Shown: one piece after another, positions 28,039-37,600 of the stretch | Layout of the letters: each line of letters begins with the position of its first letter | How positions within the stretch are numbered: position 1 is the first letter of the stretch | From: a virus | Taxonomy: Duplodnaviria; Caudoviricetes | Virus record (IMG/VR): IMGVR_UViG_3300021957_000025 | Coordinates: 1,156-65,155 of that record | DNA length: 64,000 nt | Direction: 5' to 3' (one strand) | The notes under the pieces: model-generated | Seen by the model: the letters and a program-made list of their open reading frames with translations, nothing else | Databases searched by the model: none | Told to the model about the DNA's origin: nothing | Program-made: the position numbers and the translations under genes

Positions 28039-30413
28039 TATGAAATCTCCTTTATAAATTCATTTGTTAAAAATCTTGAAGTTGTTTTTGCTTTCTGATT
28101 TCTCTTGAAAGCAGCCATCACTTTTGACTTCTTGGCGTCAACCAAGTCGTTATCTAATTCGTCTGAACCATCAACACCAAGTGAAGAAGTTGCAGTCAAA
28201 AACATTTTGTTGTAGCCGTGACAATCAACAACCAAACCATTCTTTCTAATCTCACTCCAAAGTTGTCTGTCATTGTCCCACCATGTATCTTTTAAAGAAG
28301 TGTAACCTAGGACTTCACCCATGTCTCTCTTCTTGTCTAGAACAAAGTAACCAGTGATAGTGACGTTGCAAGTTTTAGAAATCCAAGACAATAAGTTCTG
28401 AGTCTTTTGGAAAGCAGATTGATTATAGTATCTACTTCTTTTTTTGTCACCGTAAGGGAAAACTTTGTTTGAGTATGGGTCAATTATTTCTTCAATAGTT
28501 TGCACACCCCAAGAGTCAATCCCTTGCTCTTTGGCCCATTCATTCTTTGCATCTGATGAAACATTTAGTAATGGACTTCCGTGTGAGAATCCATCGGTGA
28601 TTACAGTCAAGATACTTTTCTCAATTCCGTAAGCACTGTTGAACTCGGGTAACAATTTTCTCATTGCAACCAAGCAATGGTCAAGTGGTGTACCACCAAG
28701 TCTGTAAGCCATTGGTCTGATATCTGTGTCGAACCAAAAGTATGGATTTGTTTCACAGTCTATTGCAAACTCACCATCGTAAAATGCATTGTGCAACTCT
28801 TCAGTTTTATTTGTACTTCTCCAACCCAACTTACCTAGGAAGTGACACATCCATAATGAAGCAACGTTGTTCATCATTTCTCTATACTTCTTGTTGTTCA
28901 TTTCGTTAGAGAACAATTCAACTAGGAAACCTTCGTCACCCATTCCTGTCCACTCTTCTCTATTGTAAGCATCTGTGAAGAGATAAACTCTGTGAGGGAT
29001 GTTTGCTTTTCTGCAGAACTCTGAAAGAATGATTGCTTGTTCTAGTAACTCAGCACAACTGTTTCCAATTGAACCACTCCAATCAAGTAAAACATTTAGA
29101 CCATGATTCTGTCCATCAGGCAAGTAAGTAACTCTTTTGAAAACATCATCAACGATTTGGTATTTTGCAAGTTTGTTCATATCTAACTTACCAGTTTTAC
29201 CACTGAAAGCTTTAACACTTCTCTGTGCAGTCTGCTTCATTTCAAACTCTTTTGCCATGTGAGCAACAAGTTTTTTGTTCTTGTCAATAAGTTTCTTTGC
29301 AGTGTACTGAATCTTAGGAATGTTTTTCTCAGACTCAGATGGTCTTTCTGTGGAGTATTCATTGAAGAATGCTTTCCAGTCTGCAAGAACTTTGTCATGA
29401 CCAACCACGATATTCATATCATTGTTTTTGAAAGTATCTCTTAGGTTGATTTGCTCTCTCCAAACGTTTTTATCATCGATGAACATTTCTTCATTGTTAT
29501 GTGCATGGTGTTCAGTGAGTGATTCTCTAGCACCACCCTCACCATCGTAATCATTTTTACTTGCAACACCACCTTCTTTAGAAGCACCAGTAGTTTTCTT
29601 CTCTGACTCTGACTCTTCTATATCATCCTCTTCACCGTCTAAGTCTTGGTCACCGTCTCCAAGTTCGGGTGCTTCGGGAAGTGAATCTTCTGTCTCTTCT
29701 TCATCATCAGCTTCTGAATCTGAAGTATCATCATTCCATTCGTCACCATCATCTGACTCATCCCAATCACCTTGGTCTTCATCTTCTATATCTTCATCAT
29801 CAAGGTCGAACATTTTAGGAACGATTGATTCATCATTCTCATCTCTAACTTCGTTTTCTTTTGACCAGTTGTAGATTGCTTCAGCACAAACTTCAACGTC
29901 TTCCCAAGAAGTACAAGCCTCTGCCATGTTCAAGAACTTATACTCTTGGTCGGTCAACTCAATTTGAACCCTAGAACCACACTTAGTAATCAAGTTGATT
30001 TTGTCAATGCATGAAAGTGTGTTCAAGTCTCTTCCGTTAAGACCGAAGAAATCCTTTTCCATCAACTCATTGTATGCAGTGTAGAAAGATTTTCTTAATC
30101 CTTGGAATTTGTTCTTGATTGCTTTCTCAATTCTAACATCTTCAACAACGTTGAGATATCCTTTGAGTGTTTTGTTTTTAGACAATGCATTGTGAAGTCC
30201 CTCGTAAGGTGTATTCAATGCATGTCCAACTTCGTGACCCATGAACAGGTCATAAAGTTCGTTACTGATATCATCTTTGAAAGTAGGACAAGCAAGTATC
30301 CTATTCTTTACATCAAAGTATGCAGTTGGTATTGGTTTATGAACAATAGTAATGTTCTCTGTTGCCATTAGTTTGGCAAGTTGGTCTTTTTGGTTTCTTT
30401 TTGTCTCAGTCAT
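28038..30413 (-). CDS. CobT-like metallopeptidase/VWA protein (MoxR partner)
   Basis: HEVGH, NVVEDVRIE, acidic linker, DWSGS MIDAS motif, GGTPL and ITDG. Confidence 0.9.
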   Translation of the reverse strand: MTETKRNQKDQLAKLMATENITIVHKPIPTAYFDVKNRILACPTFKDDISNELYDLFMGHEVGHALNTPYEGLHNALSKNKTLKGYLNVVEDVRIEKAIKNKFQGLRKSFYTAYNELMEKDFFGLNGRDLNTLSCIDKINLITKCGSRVQIELTDQEYKFLNMAEACTSWEDVEVCAEAIYNWSKENEVRDENDESIVPKMFDLDDEDIEDEDQGDWDESDDGDEWNDDTSDSEADDEEETEDSLPEAPELGDGDQDLDGEEDDIEESESEKKTTGASKEGGVASKNDYDGEGGARESLTEHHAHNNEEMFIDDKNVWREQINLRDTFKNNDMNIVVGHDKVLADWKAFFNEYSTERPSESEKNIPKIQYTAKKLIDKNKKLVAHMAKEFEMKQTAQRSVKAFSGKTGKLDMNKLAKYQIVDDVFKRVTYLPDGQNHGLNVLLDWSGSIGNSCAELLEQAIILSEFCRKANIPHRVYLFTDAYNREEWTGMGDEGFLVELFSNEMNNKKYREMMNNVASLWMCHFLGKLGWRSTNKTEELHNAFYDGEFAIDCETNPYFWFDTDIRPMAYRLGGTPLDHCLVAMRKLLPEFNSAYGIEKSILTVITDGFSHGSPLLNVSSDAKNEWAKEQGIDSWGVQTIEEIIDPYSNKVFPYGDKKRSRYYNQSAFQKTQNLLSWISKTCNVTITGYFVLDKKRDMGEVLGYTSLKDTWWDNDRQLWSEIRKNGLVVDCHGYNKMFLTATSSLGVDGSDELDNDLVDAKKSKVMAAFKRNQKAKTTSRFLTNEFIKEIS

Positions 30414-30419
30414 AAGTAT

Positions 30420-30453
30420 ATGCTATCATTAGCTGCATGGCATTGTCAAGGCC
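30420..30453 (-). promoter_or_regulatory. early promoter copy 2: GGCCTTGACAATGCC...TGATAGCAT
   Basis: Repeat family; -10 box is 6 nt from the ATG. Confidence 0.75.
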
Positions 30454-30638
30454 TAGAGCGTAATAAATTTTCTCCTTGATTTAGAGAATTGTTTCATTGG
30501 AGATTTGAAGATGATTTCTTCTTTGGTTCCAGTCTTGATGTATCCAACTAGTTGTCCAGCATCGTTGACTATGTAAGTATGGTTTGGAACTGTAGTCTTT
30601 GACTCAGTCCAGTCCGTAATCTCTTTTAGGTACTTCAT
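30453..30638 (-). CDS. hypothetical protein (61 aa)
   Basis: LKEITDW..PNHTY...FSKSRRKF; GAGG SD and own promoter. Confidence 0.75.
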   Translation of the reverse strand: MKYLKEITDWTESKTTVPNHTYIVNDAGQLVGYIKTGTKEEIIFKSPMKQFSKSRRKFITL

Positions 30639-30666
30639 CCCTCATCCTTTTTCATAATATACACAT

Positions 30667-30700
30667 AGTATATCAAAAAGCTTAGGGCATTGTCAAGGCC
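30667..30700 (-). promoter_or_regulatory. early promoter copy 3: GGCCTTGACAATGCC...TGATATACT
   Basis: Repeat family. Confidence 0.8.
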
Positions 30701-30703
30701 TGA

Positions 30704-31375
30704 TTAGCGGGGGGTGTAGGAGTTTTGTCTGTGGATTTGGTGTTGGTTTTGGTCTAGTTCGATGGGTGAATCGGGGATAATTCTGTCTTCGATGTCTGTG
30801 AACCACATGGATATGGTGTGTCTTGGGCCTCTTCTTACTGTCTCAACCCCATGTTCAAGGTATAGACCTTGAAAAAGAAGTCCCTCACCCGCCTGTGGTG
30901 GGTGCTCATGGCCTATTGGGAAGGTCTCACTGGGTGGAAAGTAGGTCTGTCCACCGTTATAATTGTCATTTAGATATAGAATACACGTCCATTCCCTAGA
31001 GTTTCCTTCTTGGGGGACAGCACCCTCATTGATTTCTGAGTTGGAATAGGTATCAAAGTGTGGTTTCTGAACTCCACCTATGTCCCATTCATTGAGTGCT
31101 AACATTTCGGGATAGAAATGTTGTCCTGTTTCTTTAAAGATGTGGGATGTACATGCCTGTGCAGAACGTCTAAAGATATCACGAACCCATGGTGTCTTTA
31201 TGTGACAAAAGTCTATGGCACGATAATCAGAACCGTCACCAACTGTTCTTAAGTGTTTATGCTGTAGATGATAGTGTATTAGACTCAGACTGTCCTTCTG
31301 ACTCAGAAGGTTGGGAATCACTATTGGCTGCAGCACTGTTTTGGATGTACTTTGCAAATGCTTGTCGTTCTTCAT
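30704..31375 (-). CDS. prolyl-4-hydroxylase-like 2OG-Fe(II) oxygenase
   Basis: PHFD, ILYLNDNYNGGQTYF, HGV and RHTISMWF motifs; starts inside def. Confidence 0.85.
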   Translation of the reverse strand: MKNDKHLQSTSKTVLQPIVIPNLLSQKDSLSLIHYHLQHKHLRTVGDGSDYRAIDFCHIKTPWVRDIFRRSAQACTSHIFKETGQHFYPEMLALNEWDIGGVQKPHFDTYSNSEINEGAVPQEGNSREWTCILYLNDNYNGGQTYFPPSETFPIGHEHPPQAGEGLLFQGLYLEHGVETVRRGPRHTISMWFTDIEDRIIPDSPIELDQNQHQIHRQNSYTPR

Positions 31376-31874
31376 ATTTTATTCTCTTTGCACGTTCTTT
31401 GGGACGTGACTTCAATGCTCTATCTAACTTCAATCTAGATGCACGTTGTAGGAAGATGATACCATTTAGATGGTCAACTTCATGTTGGACACATCTAGAG
31501 GCAAGACCTTCTAGACTGACCACTTTATCTTCACCCTGTGCATTCTGATACTTCAACTCAATCAACTTTGCACGTTTTATCATAAGGTATATATCGGGGA
31601 ACGATAAGCACCCTTCTTTCATCAAGTCGGTCTCTTGTGATACCTTTGTTATTTCGGGATTGAAAAATGCAACTATCCCTTGGTCTTGAGATTTCATTAC
31701 AAAAACTCTTGCATCCAATCCTACTTGGTTTGCACTTAGACCGATTCCACCAAACCTTTCCATTGCTTCTGTTAAAGATTTTTCAATCTCTTCAGCATCG
31801 GTACGATTTTCGAAATCAAATACGAGGGGTGGGGTTCTTAAAACCTTACTGGCTTCTTCTATCAATTGATACAT
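31257..31874 (-). CDS. def: peptide deformylase
   Basis: GIGLSANQVG, EGCLS and QHEVDHLNG motifs. Confidence 0.95.
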   Translation of the reverse strand: MYQLIEEASKVLRTPPLVFDFENRTDAEEIEKSLTEAMERFGGIGLSANQVGLDARVFVMKSQDQGIVAFFNPEITKVSQETDLMKEGCLSFPDIYLMIKRAKLIELKYQNAQGEDKVVSLEGLASRCVQHEVDHLNGIIFLQRASRLKLDRALKSRPKERAKRIKYEERQAFAKYIQNSAAANSDSQPSESEGQSESNTLSSTA

Positions 31875-31876
31875 AA

Positions 31877-33220
31877 TTACTTCTTTAGTAGGCCGTTATA
31901 TTTTACGGCGAGGTTATAAAATTGTCCGAGTTTCTTAAGTCCAGCATGTCCTGCTTTGTTAGTCCTCACTGACATCTGCATGGTGTACGTTGTATCTTTC
32001 GATGCAAGGTGTAGGAACCAATTCTGTTTCGATGATTTAGAAGCTTCTGCTTTAATGAACTTAACTACTGGTAAAAATACTCCGAGTTCATCATCATCTG
32101 TAACCTGTTCATACGTAGAACCGATACCCTTAATTACTTTAGTTGGTACGCCTGGGGCTTCACGTAAAATCTCTTTCTTTATATAGTCAAATGATTTACC
32201 ACCCTGTTTACCATTCTTATTGAATAGGTCTATCAGTGCTTGTCTGACTATCTCTAAGTGTTCGTTATAGTACTGTTCGTACTTACCATTATTATTCTTA
32301 TCAAAATCCTTTAGGACTTGTTGGGTAATCTTTCTATCTTTACTGTCATAGGTTTTTGCAGAAGGCATACCCTCAATCTTAGAGAACACTTCTTTGTGTA
32401 ACTTTGCAGATAACTTAGGTACTTGATTCCCCTCTTTAAATGCTTGGAAGATTGGGTTTACGTATGTGTTGAGTTTAGGTTCTGAAGTTTTCTTACCACC
32501 TGCTTTAAGAGAGGTTCCTAAGATTGCACCATCCGTAAACTGAAGGAAGATGTCGCCTGGATGTTTGGATGGAACACCAGCTGGTTTTGCACGGTATCCC
32601 CAAAAAACATTCTTGATTGACTTCGCTTTCATTTCATCATAGATATACTTTGTAATACCTATTGCATTCTCTACTTTCTCTTGAAACTTGGATGAGTCTT
32701 CTGCTTGTGCAATGAAGTCCTTTGCAGATTGTTTATCTGAACTACCTACACACTTTAATTTATCTACATTCTGTTCAAGTATCCACTCATAGAATGATGA
32801 AACTGAACTAGGTTTGTAGCCTTTCTCCCATGCAATACAAGGGAACAACTCTGTGATACTTGAGTTTAGTGTTGTCTCATTCATGCCACCACTCTTAGGT
32901 TTAAACATGATGATTGCACGGTCTCCATTCAATGATGGGATGAAGATAGGGTCAAAACTTGATAGTGAACTTCCCTTTACCTCGGCATGAATGTCTGCAT
33001 TCCGTAACTTCTTTTCTACCTCGTCTCTATCACCATCTCTGTCTTGTGTCTTAACAACAAAAACTGTAGTCTTACTATTAGATTTCTTATGTTTCTCAAT
33101 GGTCAATCCATCGGTTACTTCTGAAGGCAAGTCTTTTACTTCTAATGCTTCATCGAGTGTTGGGATATCTAATTTGATATCTTCCAGTTTTGGGTCGAGT
33201 AGTTGTGAGAATGATTTCAT
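31877..33220 (-). CDS. hypothetical protein, possible PD-(D/E)XK nuclease or internal head protein
   Basis: ELFPC...PGDIFL...GTSLK; MKSF N-terminus; late box 5 nt before the ATG. Confidence 0.55.
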   Translation of the reverse strand: MKSFSQLLDPKLEDIKLDIPTLDEALEVKDLPSEVTDGLTIEKHKKSNSKTTVFVVKTQDRDGDRDEVEKKLRNADIHAEVKGSSLSSFDPIFIPSLNGDRAIIMFKPKSGGMNETTLNSSITELFPCIAWEKGYKPSSVSSFYEWILEQNVDKLKCVGSSDKQSAKDFIAQAEDSSKFQEKVENAIGITKYIYDEMKAKSIKNVFWGYRAKPAGVPSKHPGDIFLQFTDGAILGTSLKAGGKKTSEPKLNTYVNPIFQAFKEGNQVPKLSAKLHKEVFSKIEGMPSAKTYDSKDRKITQQVLKDFDKNNNGKYEQYYNEHLEIVRQALIDLFNKNGKQGGKSFDYIKKEILREAPGVPTKVIKGIGSTYEQVTDDDELGVFLPVVKFIKAEASKSSKQNWFLHLASKDTTYTMQMSVRTNKAGHAGLKKLGQFYNLAVKYNGLLKK

Positions 33221-33233
33221 AATACTATTTATC

Positions 33234-34949
33234 CTAATCTGCCAGTCTAGAGAAGTTTTTATGTTTCTCGAATCTTAATACATTACTGAACTTATCATAT
33301 AATGTATCACCTTTATGACTAATGATAAATGCATTTACTCCATCTGTCAAGGTGTTTAACAGCTTTAAAAATTCATCTGTACCAGCAACATCTAAAGATG
33401 AGTCAAAGACTTCGTCTAGGATTAGTAAATTGGTGTTCACACTGTTCTTCATTCTTGCTACACTTCTCCATGTGAATAGAAGTGCAAGGTCGATTCTCAT
33501 CTTCTCACCCTGTGAAAAGTTTTCGTATTTGAATACGTCTCTGAATCTTGATTTAATTGTTTCGTCAAATGATTCATCTAACTCAAACCCAACATAAAAC
33601 TCTAACTGTGCAAGATACTTATTAATAAGCTTATTCATAATAGGAACATACTGCTTAATAATCTTTTCCTTTACACCTTGGTCTCTAAGTAGAGTTGTTG
33701 CAATGTCATAGTAGTGAGTTCTGTCCACTAAAGCTTTGTGTTTAGTATGCAGAACATCTAACTCATCTTCACCTTTGGTTATTCTCTCATGTACATCTGT
33801 ACCACCATCGGATTCGATTTTTAATTCTTCAATTTCACCATTGATTTTTTGAATGTATTTTTGATTGGATAAGATTTCAGTTTGATGTAGACCTACTTGT
33901 CTTTGAATATTGTCGATGTCGGTTTGGATATCACTGATTTCGATGATTCGTTTTGAAGCAGCCCCGACTCCATCTTCAATCTGTTGGAGTGCATGTGCAA
34001 TCTCCGTTGCCTTCTTAGTCTTTGATTCGAGGTGTTCCTTTTTATGCTCTTCATCTAACCCTTGTTTACATGTTGGACATTCATCATTCTCTTCATAGAA
34101 CTCAACTTCTTTTAATGCTTTCTTTCTTGCATTAGTAAGTTGTTTCTCCATATCTTGTAAGTCTTTTAACTTTTTAGTAATGGAATCTTTATCGGAAATT
34201 GTTAACTGTATAGTTGTAATCTCTTCACTGTTAGTATCTATAACTTCTAACAGCTCACCTATATGAATGTTGGTGTCTACTACTGTTTGTTCGAACTGAG
34301 TAATCTTTGCCATTCTATTTTCTGTCATGACCTTGACTTGTTCATTAAGACCACTGAGTCTTTCCTCTAGAATCTCAACTTGATGTTGAGTATCCTTTAA
34401 ATCAATTTGATGTGCAGCCTTTTTCTTTCTCAATAGTTGCATCATGGTGGTGAAGATATTAATATCTAGCAAGTCTTCTACAAGTTTTCTCCTATCCTTT
34501 GCTCTAAGTTGCATGAAGGGGGTGAAGTTTGCAGAACCTAAGATTGCAACCTGTGTAAACGAACGATAAGACATCTTAAGAATATGTTTCTCTATATGGT
34601 CTTGATAATCTCTTACTGTTGCATCTTGATTGACAAGTACTGAGTTAACATATAGTTCAAAGATGTTTGGTTTTGCACCACGAATAATTTTATATTGTTT
34701 CTTACCAATTGAAAACTCAATCTCTACTACTAAAGCTTTCTCATTGATACTATTAATAAGAAGTTCTTTCTTTAGATTCCTAAATCCACGTCCATACAAT
34801 CCGAAACATAATGCATCTAAAAGTGTGGACTTACCAGCTCCATTGTCTCCTAGAATAAGTGTCGTTTGATGTCCGTTTAATTCTATCTCTGTAAATGTAT
34901 TACCCGATGAAAGTAAATTCTTCCATCGTACCTTCTCAAAATTTATCAT
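33234..34949 (-). CDS. gp46: recombination endonuclease ATPase subunit (Rad50/SbcC-like)
   Basis: GDNGAGKST, CPTC zinc hook, FSQGEK and LDEVFD motifs. Confidence 0.96.
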   Translation of the reverse strand: MINFEKVRWKNLLSSGNTFTEIELNGHQTTLILGDNGAGKSTLLDALCFGLYGRGFRNLKKELLINSINEKALVVEIEFSIGKKQYKIIRGAKPNIFELYVNSVLVNQDATVRDYQDHIEKHILKMSYRSFTQVAILGSANFTPFMQLRAKDRRKLVEDLLDINIFTTMMQLLRKKKAAHQIDLKDTQHQVEILEERLSGLNEQVKVMTENRMAKITQFEQTVVDTNIHIGELLEVIDTNSEEITTIQLTISDKDSITKKLKDLQDMEKQLTNARKKALKEVEFYEENDECPTCKQGLDEEHKKEHLESKTKKATEIAHALQQIEDGVGAASKRIIEISDIQTDIDNIQRQVGLHQTEILSNQKYIQKINGEIEELKIESDGGTDVHERITKGEDELDVLHTKHKALVDRTHYYDIATTLLRDQGVKEKIIKQYVPIMNKLINKYLAQLEFYVGFELDESFDETIKSRFRDVFKYENFSQGEKMRIDLALLFTWRSVARMKNSVNTNLLILDEVFDSSLDVAGTDEFLKLLNTLTDGVNAFIISHKGDTLYDKFSNVLRFEKHKNFSRLAD

Positions 34950-36016
34950 AAATAAGTGTGTTCATCCAATGCCTCGTTATACAAAGTTTTCATTATCTCA
35001 TCGAGTTTTTCTTTCTTACCTTGTATCTCTAACCCCTCAACATACTTGGATAATATAGTTAGGGTATCGTCTACTCCTTCGATTTCTTCATCATCAAAGA
35101 AGTCCATGTGCTTATTATCATCAACAACTGCAACGTGTAATGGATTAGAAGCATGTACCTTATCAAGGAATGAGTCAAACCAATACGGATTGTCTTTGTT
35201 AACAACAATAATTTTTACAAACTTGCCGTCGAATTTTGAGTAGTCTAAGTCCTGTAGCTCTTCAAAATCTTTTATCTTACCATCATCATAATAACCTTTC
35301 TCAAACATAGTGAGAGGATTATGTACTGGAGTAATCTCTTTTGTTTCTGTATCAAAAATATGGAAGTACTTCTTGTCATTGTAATCAGACCAAGTAAATT
35401 CCATTTGAGAACCTAGGTATCTAACATTCTTTACTTCTGACTTGTGATGGAAGTGACCACTGTACACCTGTTCAAATCTCTTAAGATAGGATATGTCTAG
35501 TCCATGCTGACATGTCATGTTGGGTAATAGTAATGCACCTTCTATCTCAAAGTGTCCCATACAATGAGTTGCAGCTGCCGTCTGCATGAAATCTACCATG
35601 TCTGCATAGTTCTCGGGGTTAATCCATGGAACTAATGCAATAGGAAAATCATCATATTCCTTTACAATAGGGTCGGCATATACGGTAATATTAGGTTGAT
35701 TGTATAACAATAGTTCGGGACTATTGACATCATTTGTGTTCTTATAATATGTATCATGGTTACCTAGAATCAAGTCCATCTTGATTCCCCTTTCATTCAT
35801 GGGTTCAACAAAGTGTTCGATGTTTGCTTTCATCGATGCAAAGTTTACGTACTTGCGTCTATCAAAGTAATCACCCATATGGATAATCTGTTTGATGTTA
35901 TGCTCATCTAGATATGGGAAGAATACCTCTTCATAAAAACGTCCTTGATACTTGGACATCTCAACCATATCTGAACGGACACCACAATGGGTATCATTTA
36001 ATATCGCTATCTTCAT
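34946..36016 (-). CDS. gp47: recombination endonuclease nuclease subunit (Mre11/SbcD-like)
   Basis: NDTHCG, MGDYFD, GNHD and SGHFH motifs. Confidence 0.96.
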   Translation of the reverse strand: MKIAILNDTHCGVRSDMVEMSKYQGRFYEEVFFPYLDEHNIKQIIHMGDYFDRRKYVNFASMKANIEHFVEPMNERGIKMDLILGNHDTYYKNTNDVNSPELLLYNQPNITVYADPIVKEYDDFPIALVPWINPENYADMVDFMQTAAATHCMGHFEIEGALLLPNMTCQHGLDISYLKRFEQVYSGHFHHKSEVKNVRYLGSQMEFTWSDYNDKKYFHIFDTETKEITPVHNPLTMFEKGYYDDGKIKDFEELQDLDYSKFDGKFVKIIVVNKDNPYWFDSFLDKVHASNPLHVAVVDDNKHMDFFDDEEIEGVDDTLTILSKYVEGLEIQGKKEKLDEIMKTLYNEALDEHTYL

Positions 36017-36570
36017 TCAGTAAAGTTTTCTAAGTTCTTGTTTACTTTCTTTTTTTTGTTTTTGGATTTACGTGGTTCGTATTCTACACGATTCATATTC
36101 TCTTGCATCCACTCCACGTTAGAGTTAACTAATGATGGGTCATGTTGACCATCGATAGTTGCAAATGAATCCATAGTAATAGATGATTCCATGATTTGTT
36201 TTTGCTTGATGTAGACTTGTTTCTTTTCTTTCTGAATCCTTCTTAAGAAAGCGTAATAACAAATCTGTGTAACATATGCAAATGCATTGTTGGATTTTTC
36301 AACGTTGAAGTTACCAATGTATTGGATACAATTTTCGATTGCATCGCAAATCATTTCGTCACGGTAAGTATAGTTGATGAAATTGGGTCGAGTGGATAAT
36401 CGGGTTGCAATCTTATAGATACACTCACCAATATATTCAGTCATTCGAGGGGGGGTTTTCCCAGCAGAAGTTGCTTCTTTTACAGAGGAGTTAAACTCTG
36501 CGACTGCAGCTGTAAACTCTTTGTTATTGACATAGTGTTCTGCTTTTTTGGGGTCTTTTTTCGTAGTCAT
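36013..36570 (-). CDS. gp55: late-transcription sigma factor
   Basis: HYVNNKEF, PNFINYTYRDEM and AFLRRIQKEKKQ motifs. Confidence 0.96.
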   Translation of the reverse strand: MTTKKDPKKAEHYVNNKEFTAAVAEFNSSVKEATSAGKTPPRMTEYIGECIYKIATRLSTRPNFINYTYRDEMICDAIENCIQYIGNFNVEKSNNAFAYVTQICYYAFLRRIQKEKKQVYIKQKQIMESSITMDSFATIDGQHDPSLVNSNVEWMQENMNRVEYEPRKSKNKKKKVNKNLENFTE

Positions 36571-36576
36571 GTATAC

Positions 36577-36605
36577 ATTATACCTGTTTATCGTAGTATT
36601 GTAAG
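36577..36605 (-). promoter_or_regulatory. sigma70 promoter CTTACA-N17-TATAAT, 6 nt before the gp55 ATG
   Basis: Read directly. Confidence 0.7.
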
Positions 36606-36701
36606 GGGCTTTTTAAATTAAATTTATTTATAAAAGCCTATAGACAACTGAGGAAAGTATGATAAAATGAATATGTCCCGCGGGGGATATACTTAGCTAG
36701 A

Positions 36702-36920
36702 CTACTTCTCTGTTACGAACTCATTCAATTGTCTTGCAGTCCTAATAACTTCTTCACCAGTGATTTCTCTTAGTGGTAAAGGTTTCTTATCATTTGGGAA
36801 CGAATCGTTGTGAGCGTAGACGGCGTCAACTTCCCTTTGATAATTAGAGGTTAAGATACCTTCTGATAGGGATAGTAGTTCGGCTCGGATTTCAAAGCCT
36901 GATTTTGTTGTGTTTGACAT
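36702..36920 (-). CDS. conserved marine phage hypothetical protein
   Basis: KSGFEIRAELL...EVIRTARQLNEFV; AGGAG SD after an AC-rich leader. Confidence 0.75.
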   Translation of the reverse strand: MSNTTKSGFEIRAELLSLSEGILTSNYQREVDAVYAHNDSFPNDKKPLPLREITGEEVIRTARQLNEFVTEK

Positions 36921-36981
36921 ATGTTTCTCCTGTGTGTATATGTGTGTGTTGTAAAATTATTCTTACCTAGTATATAGGTGT

Positions 36982-37152
36982 TTACAAGAATAAGTTTATT
37001 AAAGAGAATGCTAATAGCATGAATCCGAAAACACAGACTTGGACTATGGTAGCCCAAAAGATTTGTTTCATAGGATGTATTTCTACTATACGTTCCATCC
37101 ATTTTTCTGAAGGGGAAAGGTTTACAATCTGTAATAGTTTATCTTCTTTCAT
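36982..37152 (-). CDS. membrane micropeptide 5 (56 aa)
   Basis: MKEDKLLQIVNLSPSEKWMERIVEIHPMKQIFWATIVQVCVFGFMLLAFSLINLFL; ATGA overlap. Confidence 0.7.
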   Translation of the reverse strand: MKEDKLLQIVNLSPSEKWMERIVEIHPMKQIFWATIVQVCVFGFMLLAFSLINLFL

Positions 37153-37268
37153 AATGTTTGTATGTGTTTTTTAAATTGTTCGTAGTCTCTCACTGCACGT
37201 AACGCTCCTGGCTCTCTATCTAGAAATACCCAAGAGGTAAGTAAAATGAATACTATACTATATTTCAT
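37149..37268 (-). CDS. micropeptide 4 (39 aa)
   Basis: MKYSIVFILLTSWVFLDREPGALRAVRDYEQFKKHIQTL; ATGA overlaps. Confidence 0.6.
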   Translation of the reverse strand: MKYSIVFILLTSWVFLDREPGALRAVRDYEQFKKHIQTL

Positions 37269-37348
37269 CTTGGGTTGTAAAGGTAGAGGGCGATTACAAT
37301 TAGTATCTGAAAAGTCAGACCACTAATCAGTAACCACAAATCAGACAT
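37265..37348 (-). CDS. micropeptide 3 (27 aa)
   Basis: MSDLWLLISGLTFQILIVIALYLYNPR; overlapping start and stop. Confidence 0.55.
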   Translation of the reverse strand: MSDLWLLISGLTFQILIVIALYLYNPR

Positions 37349-37442
37349 TAGGAACCAACGCAAATATAGAACCACAGAAAAGCAGACAGAGACAAATAAT
37401 CTCCGTCTGCTCTCGTAGTTTGTTAAGTTTCTTGGTTGACAT
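37341..37442 (-). CDS. micropeptide 2 (33 aa)
   Basis: MSTKKLNKLREQTEIICLCLLFCGSIFALVPNV; TAATG overlap. Confidence 0.6.
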   Translation of the reverse strand: MSTKKLNKLREQTEIICLCLLFCGSIFALVPNV

Positions 37443-37600
37443 TACTTCGAAGCTATGATAACTAAGAATGGTAACGCAAATGGAAGAGTCATCAGCACTA
37501 GAAATTCGATAGTGTCACAGATTGCACAAACACGTTTGTCCTCTTTGACTTCTCTAGCTTTTCGCACCATGCTCTTCGCAATCAATGTTGCTGTTGACAT
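37442..37600 (-). CDS. micropeptide 1 (52 aa)
   Basis: MSTATLIAKSMVRKAREVKEDKRVCAICDTIEFLVLMTLPFALPFLVIIASK; AAGGA SD. Confidence 0.7.
   Translation of the reverse strand: MSTATLIAKSMVRKAREVKEDKRVCAICDTIEFLVLMTLPFALPFLVIIASK

Noticed and set aside
26467-30413. Cobalamin biosynthesis genes cobS/cobT
   Set aside because: This is the common phage MoxR ATPase and VWA pair. No cobN or other cob genes are present, so a cobalamin role is unsupported.
36851-37102. 83-aa ORF from the track
   Set aside because: It overlaps two better-supported ORFs in other frames (36982..37152 and 36702..36920).
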